From: an uncultured archaeon
GTDB taxonomy: Archaea > Iainarchaeota > Iainarchaeia > Iainarchaeales > JAGVWC01
NCBI GenBank assembly: GCA_964402015.1
Contig: CAYOAS010000001.1
Location: 1-39,156, forward strand
Length of the DNA: 39,156 bases
Reading direction: 5' to 3'
Positions within the stretch are counted from its first letter, which is position 1; each line of letters starts with the position of its first letter. The notes below the pieces were generated by a model. It searched no databases and was not told the DNA's origin. It worked only from the letters and a program-made list of their open reading frames with translations. The translations under genes and the position numbers were made by a program. Of this stretch, positions 32,054 through 39,156 are shown in pieces.

Positions 32054-33385
32054 ATGGATTCGAGATTGCTTGTTTTTGCTTTGTTGGCAGTGTTTTTGCT
32101 GCCTTCAGCGTTCGCTGTCATTAGCAGCCAGCGTGCCCTGGATTTTGTAACGAAAGAGAACTATTTTTTGTATGAAAATGAAAGCGGGCAAGTGTTTCCG
32201 ACAGTGAAAATCAAGAGTTTTGGCCAGTATTATTGGCTTGTTGCTGTTTCGAGCGGAGAAGCCCCTGTTACATATATTCCTGTTTTGGACAAAAAGGAAA
32301 TCAGCGTTCCGGACAGCACTGCCACGCAGCGCGCATTGTTCAAGACAGCAGATGTAATGTGGTTTATTTCAAAATTCAAGGAACGCCTGTCGAGCCAGGA
32401 CCAATGGTTTTTCAGCACTACAAACGCGAGCTTTTTTTCCAATCTTGCGCTAGTGATACAAAACGAGCCTTTCGAGCTTGAATCAATAAAAACTGATTTG
32501 AAGGATGCAAAGGCGAATGCTGAAATTTCTTCAATGAATTCCCTGTTGGTTTCAATGAGCCTTAAGGCGAGCGCGCTTTCGGCGCAAATAAACGATACTA
32601 TTGCGGCAGAACAGTCTTTTTTCAATGACCCTGATTCCAACCAGTTGAATTATTTGAAGAATTCCTTTGACGACGGTTTTTCTCTTGCAAAGGATTTGGA
32701 CGAGGAAATAATCCAGTACAACGCGAGCGTTGTGCGATTGAAAGACATTGTTTCAAAATCCAGCATTGACTCTTCAAAGAAAAACCAATTGCTTTCTTTT
32801 GCAAACCCGCCGCAGCAATTGCTGCAGGTTTCCAGCAAGGTTGTTGTTGCCGACAGCGTGAAGCAGGCAATTGATTCCGCATTCAATTCTTCCATTACGC
32901 GTTCAAAGGATTTGGTTGACAATCTTGCATTGCGCACCAAGCGCAATAAGGCTGCTTTGGACTTGAAATCAAGCGATGAAGATTTCAAGCAGAAAACAGA
33001 CGGAAAATTAGCTTCCCTCGAGCAGGCTGCCGCAACAATTCTTTCAAGCGATTATTTTTCGCTTTGGAAAAACCAGGAAAAGCTCCAGGAATTTTCCGAG
33101 AATTATTCGCAGGCAAAATCCTTGTTTGAAAAAGGCGATTATGATTTGTCAATGAATTATTCTGTAAAGGCAAAGGGCAATGCCGTAATTGTCTTGCGCG
33201 ACGGCTTCCTGGACAATACCCCCCCCGGAATTGATTGGTCGCTCTGGATTTATTTTGCAATAATAATCGTAATAATTTTTGCAATAATTTATTTCCTGCG
33301 GAACAGGGAAAAGTTTTCCGCGCTAATACAACAGCAGGGCGGCGAAGAGGAAGAGGTGAAATTCCGTGGCTGGGAAAAAAAGTGA
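32054..33385 (+). CDS. Secreted, C-terminally membrane-anchored surface protein
   Basis: Signal peptide LLVFALLAVFLLPSAFA, a long Ser/Asn/Asp-rich helical ectodomain, a C-terminal TM (IYFAIIIVIIFAIIYFL) and an acidic tail. Confidence 0.55.
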   Translation: MDSRLLVFALLAVFLLPSAFAVISSQRALDFVTKENYFLYENESGQVFPTVKIKSFGQYYWLVAVSSGEAPVTYIPVLDKKEISVPDSTATQRALFKTADVMWFISKFKERLSSQDQWFFSTTNASFFSNLALVIQNEPFELESIKTDLKDAKANAEISSMNSLLVSMSLKASALSAQINDTIAAEQSFFNDPDSNQLNYLKNSFDDGFSLAKDLDEEIIQYNASVVRLKDIVSKSSIDSSKKNQLLSFANPPQQLLQVSSKVVVADSVKQAIDSAFNSSITRSKDLVDNLALRTKRNKAALDLKSSDEDFKQKTDGKLASLEQAAATILSSDYFSLWKNQEKLQEFSENYSQAKSLFEKGDYDLSMNYSVKAKGNAVIVLRDGFLDNTPPGIDWSLWIYFAIIIVIIFAIIYFLRNREKFSALIQQQGGEEEEVKFRGWEKK

Positions 33386-34280
33386 AATAATACTTTTTTT
33401 TCTGTTGCTTTTGCTTCCGGCTTTTTCTTTTGCAAGGGATTTTGCTGTTTCCATTGAACCAAAAGATTTCAACGGAATTCCTGAAATTTACAAAGACGAG
33501 CTTGTTTCCTATCAGGTCAAGGCAATAAATTTCAGCAATGAAAAAATAACCGGCCTGCATATTGAAATAGGCGCAGAGCCAGGGCTTGCAATCATTGACA
33601 ATGCCGCGGAAAACGAGAACAATATTGAAAGGCAAAAAAAGACTTTTGAAATAGAGCAGATAAAACCGGGAGAAATCGCTGTTGTCGAATTCCTTTTGAA
33701 GGCAAAGGCGGAAAATAGCGAAAAAGCCATTGTTTCCGCAAATTATGGCTTGCTGAATTACACTAATTCCGTTGTTGCTTTCCTGAAAATTGTTCCAAGC
33801 GACGTTGTTGTTTCAGTGAATGCAAAACAGCCTTTGTTTGCGCCAACAGAAGAAAACGCATTGTTGCTGACAATTTCCAACAATTCTGCAAAACCAATTT
33901 CTGCAGTGCAAGCACAGCTGGTTTTGCCCCGCGATTTTGAATCGGATGCAAACATTCTTGCCTTGGGGGAACTCGCGCCAAGACAGAAAACAGAAAACAA
34001 CGAATTCTTTTTTCACGCGAAAGAGCTCGCACAGGGAAAGCGCAGGGTCGCATTGCTTGTTTCGTTTTCCGATGAAAAAGGAAAGCACACTCTTGACAAA
34101 GCAGTGAATGTGGATGTGAAATCCTCTTCGTTTGCGATTCTGGTTGTTTTCATTGCAATCGCATTCATTGTTGGAATTGTTTTGCTTTCCGGCAATGGCA
34201 AAAAAAATAATTTTTTGGCTGAAAAAAAGAGCGAAAAACCGAAAGCCGCGGAACAAAAAAAAGCCGAAGCAAAACCTTGA
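33366..34280 (+). CDS. Secreted, C-terminally anchored protein with two CARDB/NEW3-like beta domains
   Basis: Signal peptide ILFFLLLLLPAFSFA. Repeated pattern (Y.V.A.N.S...I.GL.I.I; LLTISNNSAKPISAVQAQLVLP). C-terminal TM plus a lysine-rich tail. GTG start overlaps the upstream gene by 20 nt. Confidence 0.55.
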   Translation: MAGKKSEIILFFLLLLLPAFSFARDFAVSIEPKDFNGIPEIYKDELVSYQVKAINFSNEKITGLHIEIGAEPGLAIIDNAAENENNIERQKKTFEIEQIKPGEIAVVEFLLKAKAENSEKAIVSANYGLLNYTNSVVAFLKIVPSDVVVSVNAKQPLFAPTEENALLLTISNNSAKPISAVQAQLVLPRDFESDANILALGELAPRQKTENNEFFFHAKELAQGKRRVALLVSFSDEKGKHTLDKAVNVDVKSSSFAILVVFIAIAFIVGIVLLSGNGKKNNFLAEKKSEKPKAAEQKKAEAKP

Positions 34281-34297
34281 CAAGGCAAGTTTTTGTT

Positions 34298-35437
34298 TCA
34301 AGAGTATATTTCTATTGTGTCAAAATCCTGGAGCTTGTAATTTTTTGAAACGCGTTGCCCTTCAAATTTCGAGGAACCCCAGACTTTTACATATTTCAGG
34401 TTTTTTGCAAAATCCTTGTGCAGCATTCCTGCAACGTTCTCCACTGCCGTGCCTTTTTTCAGAACCAGCGGTTCATTGAAGTCAGCCGGCTGGCCGGGTT
34501 TTTTTGTATAAACAATGACTTTTTCCAGCAGCATGAAAATTTTCTGTTTCAGTTCTTCTACTTTCGAGTTCTCAAAAACAGTGCAATTAAATCCTGCCGC
34601 AAAATCAGGTTTTTTCACTGTTGTTTCGTTTTTTGCGTTCAATATTGCAATCGCGCGCTTGTAAACTATTCCCTCGTCTATTGCCTGCAATATTTTGTCA
34701 GCGCTTTTCAGCTCTTCGTTCAAAACAACGCTTGCCTTGTGGTATCCCAGTGATTTCAGCAATTGTTCAAGCTTGTCAATCGGCATTTTGAGAAATTTTT
34801 TTCCCGCAATGCTTATTCCCTTGTATTCGCTTTGTTCTATTTTTATTTTCGGTTTTTTTTCATTCAAACGGATTTTTGCCTTTGCCAATTCGTTTTTTAT
34901 TGTTTGAAATTCAGATTCAGCATTTTCCGCATCAAGAACAACAATAACCGCGTCAGCATTCCTTATTATTGAAAGAAACTGTGTTCCATTAGCTTTTCCT
35001 TCCGCGCTTCCTTCAATTATTGCAGGAACTTCAACCAATTGCACGTGCGCGCCCTTGAAATTCATTGAGCCAATCTCCGGTTTTGTTGTAGTGAATTCGT
35101 GCGCCGCAATCTCCACTTCAACGCCAGTAAGCGCTTTCAATAAAGTGCTTTTTCCGCTGTTCGGCAAACCAATAACAACAATTTGGCCAGCACCCTCTTT
35201 TTTTACGTTGTATGATATGCCGGAGCCTTTCTTTGTCATTTGTTCTTTTTGCTTTTCCATTTCCCTGCGCAGGTTTGCGATTTTTTTGCTCAATTCCGCA
35301 CGCAGGTTTTCTCCACCCTTGTGCCTAGGCGCAAAGCTCTGCATTTCCAGCAAGGCAACCAGCTTTGCCTCCAAACTGTTCGCCTGCTCATATTTCATTC
35401 TCGCGCGCTCAAACTCAAAACCCGCATTAGCCGGCAT
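34298..35437 (-). CDS. DRG/Obg-family GTP-binding protein with a C-terminal TGS domain
   Basis: G1 motif GLPNSGKSTLL, G2 TTT, and a C-terminal TGS-like segment (VYTKKPG...VKVWG). Confidence 0.85.
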   Translation of the reverse strand: MPANAGFEFERARMKYEQANSLEAKLVALLEMQSFAPRHKGGENLRAELSKKIANLRREMEKQKEQMTKKGSGISYNVKKEGAGQIVVIGLPNSGKSTLLKALTGVEVEIAAHEFTTTKPEIGSMNFKGAHVQLVEVPAIIEGSAEGKANGTQFLSIIRNADAVIVVLDAENAESEFQTIKNELAKAKIRLNEKKPKIKIEQSEYKGISIAGKKFLKMPIDKLEQLLKSLGYHKASVVLNEELKSADKILQAIDEGIVYKRAIAILNAKNETTVKKPDFAAGFNCTVFENSKVEELKQKIFMLLEKVIVYTKKPGQPADFNEPLVLKKGTAVENVAGMLHKDFAKNLKYVKVWGSSKFEGQRVSKNYKLQDFDTIEIYS

Positions 35438-35472
35438 ATAATTGTTTTTTGTTGGTTAGTTTTTTATTCTCG

Positions 35473-36120
35473 TTATATGTTTTTCAGCCAGATGGTTTCG
35501 TTTTTTTCTTTTGACACAACTTTGTAGCCATGGCTCTCAAGCAATTGCCTGTAAAGTTTTTCTTTTTGTGTGGGCGGAATTTTTTCTTCATCCCGCGCAT
35601 GAACAACCACTGATTTTATGCCTGCTTTTTTCATGCCTGCTTCAAACTCTTGCAATAAGGCATCGTCAAATTTCCAGAACCTTTTCCTGGTATTGTTTGG
35701 CAGCAGCGCAACAAAAGGGTGCCTCATTTGGATTGTGTCAACAAAAACAGCTGGCTGTACAAAATTGATTTTTTTTGCTTCCAGTATTGCTTTTGCAGGT
35801 GCCACTATGTCGCCTTTCATATAGCCAATTGCCCCCCTCAAGTTAACTGATGCATCAAAATCAGTAAGCCTAAAAAGCGCAACCAATTCCTGGCTTTTTT
35901 TGAATTCGCCAGGATGCGGAAAAGCAACAAGCCTTGCGGTTGGGCCGCTTCTGAACAGTTTTAGCACTATTTTTGTATTATTATTAAGCGAAACAGTTCT
36001 GGCGCTCGGAAAACCGCTCCAGAATTCAGCACACAAATGATTGAAAGCAGCTGTTGCACCAAAAGACGTGAATCGCAGATTTACCGGCTTTATTTTTTTC
36101 TGCCTGTTTTTTTTCTTCAT
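35473..36120 (-). CDS. Hypothetical protein
   Basis: 215-aa ORF with no recognisable motif. The start was set to ATG 36120, which sits about 27 nt from the shared TATA palindrome. The listed start 36135 is a TTG. Confidence 0.5.
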   Translation of the reverse strand: MKKKNRQKKIKPVNLRFTSFGATAAFNHLCAEFWSGFPSARTVSLNNNTKIVLKLFRSGPTARLVAFPHPGEFKKSQELVALFRLTDFDASVNLRGAIGYMKGDIVAPAKAILEAKKINFVQPAVFVDTIQMRHPFVALLPNNTRKRFWKFDDALLQEFEAGMKKAGIKSVVVHARDEEKIPPTQKEKLYRQLLESHGYKVVSKEKNETIWLKNI

Positions 36121-36140
36121 TAAAGAGATTTGCAAAAAAC

Positions 36141-36151
36141 ATTTTTATAAA
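36141..36151. promoter_or_regulatory. Palindromic TATA element (TTTATAAA core) shared by divergent genes
   Basis: Core at 36144-36151, about 25 nt from the plus-strand ATG 36172 and about 27 nt from the minus-strand ATG 36120. Confidence 0.45.
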
Positions 36152-36171
36152 CAACCCCTCAAATTTTCTTG

Positions 36172-36579
36172 ATGACCAAGAAAAGGAACGGTTTTGACGA
36201 ATTGTTTGCTGCAATGGCTGCAGGCAGGAAGCGCTGCCCTTGGGCAAAAGAAATGACTTTAAAAGAATCAGCGGAATTCATTCTTGCAGAAGCAAAAGAG
36301 CTCATGGCAGAAGTTGAAAAAAATTCTGTTGAAGAAATGAAAGAAGAATTAGGCGATATACTGGCAGTCTCTTTCTTCTTTGCTGTTCTTGCAAGAGAAA
36401 AAGGCTATTTTTCAATCAATGACGCACTGAAGAACGCTGTTGAAAAATTCAAGCGCAGGAAACCCTGGATTTTTGACGAAAAAATAAAAATCGAAAACTC
36501 TGAAGAAGCAAAGCGCTTTTATTTGCAGGCAAAGCAAAAAGAAAAATCGGAAAAAGCAGCTAAGAAAGACAGACCTTGA
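36172..36579 (+). CDS. MazG-like nucleotide pyrophosphohydrolase
   Basis: EExxE...ELGDIL metal-binding helices (EAKELMAEVE, EELGDILAVSFF). Confidence 0.7.
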   Translation: MTKKRNGFDELFAAMAAGRKRCPWAKEMTLKESAEFILAEAKELMAEVEKNSVEEMKEELGDILAVSFFFAVLAREKGYFSINDALKNAVEKFKRRKPWIFDEKIKIENSEEAKRFYLQAKQKEKSEKAAKKDRP

Positions 36580-37159
36580 AGACAAGCAGTTCTTCAAAAA
36601 ACAAGCGCTTCCGCGCGACAACTTCAAAAGCAAAACCAGTTTTTTTCAGCAATTTTTTTGTTTTGTTTTCCCAGTTCAAACTGCTCTGGACAAAAAAAAT
36701 TATTCCACCATTTTCCAGACGCGCTTTTACCTGCTGCAAAAAGCTGTCTAACACTTCCCTGCCTTTAATGCCGCCGTCAGTGTCCAGCCATTTTTTTTCG
36801 TTGCCAGAATCAACGTATGGTAGATTGAAAATTATCAAACCAAATTTTTTGTTTTTCAGAGCAGAAAACAAATCGCTTTTTTTGAAAACAGCGCTCTTTC
36901 CGAAGCCAAGCGTTTGTGCGTTTTCCTTTGCGTTTGCAACAGCGTTTTTGTCAATGTCAACAAAAAAAATTTTTTTTGCACCCAGCAATAGCGCGTTCAA
37001 TCCCTGCAATCCTGTTCCGCAACCCAAATCCAAAACGATTTTGCCTTTTGCGTCGCTTTCTTTTATTGCATCAGCTAACAATAATGAATCTTCTTTTGGC
37101 TCGAAAACAGAATCAAAAACAGCAATTTCAAGGTTCTTGAAAAAAAATTTGGTATTCAT
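36560..37159 (-). CDS. HemK/Mtq2-like class I SAM-dependent methyltransferase
   Basis: VLDLGCGTGLQG SAM motif and IIFNLPYV (an NPPY-type motif with Leu at position 2). The size is typical of archaeal Mtq2/HemK-related methylases. Confidence 0.75.
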   Translation of the reverse strand: MNTKFFFKNLEIAVFDSVFEPKEDSLLLADAIKESDAKGKIVLDLGCGTGLQGLNALLLGAKKIFFVDIDKNAVANAKENAQTLGFGKSAVFKKSDLFSALKNKKFGLIIFNLPYVDSGNEKKWLDTDGGIKGREVLDSFLQQVKARLENGGIIFFVQSSLNWENKTKKLLKKTGFAFEVVARKRLFFEELLVFKVCLS

Positions 37160-37165
37160 TTGTTT

Positions 37166-37696
37166 TCAGCTTGCCTGTTGCCATATTTCAGAGAATTCGC
37201 TCTCGAATTCGTCAATTATTTCCTGGTTGACTAAAAACACGAGGTTTTCGTCATTAGTTTCGTCAGCGTTTTCAGTGTAATTGAAGGAACCAGTTGCAAC
37301 CAGCCCGCTGTCTATTGCCATGAACTTGTTGTGCATTGAGCCGCCGTCGATTCTCCTTATCCTGACTTCTATTCCGTTTTGCCCGAGCAATTCGTCCTTG
37401 CTGTATTTGCTTTCCGCCTGCACTGCATCGGTTATTATCCTGACCTCAACGCCGCGCTTTTTCGCTTCAATTAGCGCGTTCGCTATTTTTGCGGAAGTGA
37501 AACTATAGACTGCCGCGTGAACGCTTTTTTGGCTTGAATTTATTTGTTGCACAAGCTTGCTGGCGCAATTGTCTTCAGGGCAAAAGAATGCCTGTTCGGA
37601 AAAAGTTTTTTGCTGTGCGTTGTTTTCATAGGCAATGAAAACAACTGAAGCGCACAATAGGAATAGCAATGCGAGAATTGTTTTTTGAGTTTTCAT
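37166..37696 (-). CDS. Secreted phospholipase D-family nuclease (single HKD domain, Nuc-like)
   Basis: Signal peptide ILALLFLLCASVVFIAY. HKD motif MHNKFMAIDSGLVATGSFNYT. Confidence 0.75.
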   Translation of the reverse strand: MKTQKTILALLFLLCASVVFIAYENNAQQKTFSEQAFFCPEDNCASKLVQQINSSQKSVHAAVYSFTSAKIANALIEAKKRGVEVRIITDAVQAESKYSKDELLGQNGIEVRIRRIDGGSMHNKFMAIDSGLVATGSFNYTENADETNDENLVFLVNQEIIDEFESEFSEIWQQAS

Positions 37697-37702
37697 TTTG
37701 AT

Positions 37703-38839
37703 TCATTCTTTCTTGCAAGCGTTGAAATCTGGATGAACCGTGCAGATTTGCTTTTTCAAGTCTGTTGTTTCGATTGTGGTGTAAATGCAGTCTATTACTG
37801 CGCTGGGCAGCGCAAACAGCTTGTATTGCCTTGCCGCATTATGGTCATTTTCCACTGTTGCTTTTGTCTGGTTTTCGTCAAGGCATTTTTCGAAAGCAGC
37901 CTGGTCTGGCATTTTTATTTCAATTGCTTTTGTTTTCAATGCATTTGAATCAGTAATGTCAATTGATTTTTCAAACAATGCCATGAAAAGCGCTTTTTTG
38001 TATTCTTCAAGTTTTCCTTGGTTTCGCGCGCATTCTGTTGCAATTGCTGTTTTTTCAGATTGTTCAACTATGGGAAAACTGTGGTAATTGTATTCGATGT
38101 TTTCGTTGAAATCCTTTTTTATTTGTTCAATTATTCCCTGGCTCTCAAAAGAGTACTTGCTGAAATAATCGTTGAATTCGTCTATTCTTACAGTGCCATT
38201 CTTTACTCCGCACCTTTCCTTGAATTGCGGGTCCATGAACATTATCGGGGCAAATTGTTGCGCTTCTCTTGCAATATCTGCTTCCGCAATGACAAAATAA
38301 TCGCCGTTTGCTGTCGAAATTTGATTTATTGCGGCATACGCTTTTGGGTCTGTTAATTTCAGTTGTTTCCAGTTCAATAACACTGAAGGGAAGCTTTTTA
38401 TCCCGTACATTCCTGCAAGAACCCCGTTTTCTTTTTCCTGCACATCAAGCCTTTCCACGCTGTATTTTACATTCCTTTGCGAAAGATATGCTTCAAGAAC
38501 GCTTGCATTAAAGCAAATTTTGCAATCCGAATTGAAAAATACTTTTAGTTCCACTGCTTGCTCGTCAAAGGTTCCCTTGTTTACAGAACCGCCTGGCAAT
38601 TGTGCTGCCTTTGGGAGAAAAAGCGAGTTTATTGCAAGCCCTGCCGCAATGCCAAAGACAATAAGCAATACTGCCAGATAAACCGGAAAACCAGTTTTGT
38701 TTTCCTTTCCGGCCTTTGCTTGCGCGCGCTGTTTTTTTCCTTCTTTGCAGCTTTTCTTTTGTGTTATTTGCTTTTTTTTCTTTTCCAAAGAAATCCCTCT
38801 CAAATAATCAATTATGCTGTTTGAAAAAGTTTGATACAA
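37703..38839 (-). CDS. Membrane-anchored protein with two DsbA/thioredoxin-like regions
   Basis: Lysine-rich N-terminus and one TM helix. The first module has CKIC (CxxC). The second module has the equivalent position as SKYS. TTG start, so the start is uncertain. Confidence 0.45.
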   Translation of the reverse strand: MYQTFSNSIIDYLRGISLEKKKKQITQKKSCKEGKKQRAQAKAGKENKTGFPVYLAVLLIVFGIAAGLAINSLFLPKAAQLPGGSVNKGTFDEQAVELKVFFNSDCKICFNASVLEAYLSQRNVKYSVERLDVQEKENGVLAGMYGIKSFPSVLLNWKQLKLTDPKAYAAINQISTANGDYFVIAEADIAREAQQFAPIMFMDPQFKERCGVKNGTVRIDEFNDYFSKYSFESQGIIEQIKKDFNENIEYNYHSFPIVEQSEKTAIATECARNQGKLEEYKKALFMALFEKSIDITDSNALKTKAIEIKMPDQAAFEKCLDENQTKATVENDHNAARQYKLFALPSAVIDCIYTTIETTDLKKQICTVHPDFNACKKE

Positions 38840-38895
38840 ATATTTTAAAAAACCTCCCGAATGGAAAATTATTATCCTTAGGCCAAAGTGATTGG

Positions 38896-39156
38896 GTGTC
38901 TGAATTTACTTTTTTTTTGGCAATTGTCGCGCTCGCGCTTTTTGCAGTCATAGTTTTTGTCTCTTTTGTTTTTCCGAAAAAGAAAACTTTGGCGCTTGCA
39001 AAACAGAGTTCTCCTGAATCCTTGCCGGATTGGCAAAGCGCACAGTTTTTTCCAGGGCAGTTCGATGGCTTGCCGGAAGAAAAATTTCCAGTTTTAGAAG
39101 CGCGCCTGAATGCCCTGGGCAACAAGGTTTTGCTCGCGCACGAGCGCCTGCAAAAA
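38896..39156 (+). CDS. Hypothetical membrane-anchored protein, 3' end beyond the window
   Basis: Frame 1 is open to the window edge. GTG at 38896 is followed by a TM-like FTFFLAIVALALFAVIVFVSFVF and then a hydrophilic helical sequence. It reads more protein-like than the antisense ORF 38808..39125. Confidence 0.35.
   Translation, partial: MSEFTFFLAIVALALFAVIVFVSFVFPKKKTLALAKQSSPESLPDWQSAQFFPGQFDGLPEEKFPVLEARLNALGNKVLLAHERLQK

Noticed and set aside
36560-36579. 20-nt convergent overlap of the MazG-like and Mtq2-like genes as a possible regulatory antisense arrangement
   Set aside because: Short convergent 3' overlaps are common in compact genomes, and no additional structure is visible.
38808-39125. 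Minus-strand 105-aa ORF at the window end
   Set aside because: Its composition is poor, rich in Ser/Lys/Cys/Phe, and it is antisense to an open plus frame. That plus frame has a TM helix followed by helical sequence and continues past the window edge.

Overview
This is a gene-dense archaeal fragment, probably from a small-genome or DPANN-like lineage. The evidence is GatDE plus GatA/GatB, an archaeal-type ProRS, an ATP-dependent DNA ligase, intron-bearing tRNAs, and AT-rich TATA boxes about 25 nt upstream of many ATGs (leaderless mRNAs). Housekeeping content includes gatA (partial), an IMPase/FBPase-family gene, an MBL hydrolase, gatB and yjbQ. It also includes the minus-strand run gatE, MFS transporter, PGI/PMI and ROK glucokinase. 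The rest is an OPT transporter, a PanK-II-like kinase, gatD, class II FBP aldolase, DNA ligase, proS, an SDR epimerase, a DRG GTPase, a MazG-like protein and a HemK/Mtq2-like methylase. There are four tRNA genes: Gln-UUG with a 164-nt intron, Ile-GAU, Pro-UGG with a 77-nt intron, and Pro-GGG with a roughly 20-nt intron. Accessory modules are interleaved: MazEF, HEPN-MNT plus a small wHTH gene, a type II R-M pair in visibly AT-richer DNA, VapBC, a UPF0175-like/PIN-like/GNAT cassette, and a secreted PLD-family nuclease. The main non-coding signal is a family of about 60-nt two-hairpin intergenic elements, with at least six copies. These show compensatory stem substitutions and a conserved CATnTTyG linker. 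One copy sits between duplicated copies of a gene end, and two lie directly upstream of tRNA genes. A degenerate copy of tRNA-Gln exon 2 lies 741 bp from the intact gene and brackets the mazEF cassette. All product calls come from motif recognition by eye; no database search was possible.
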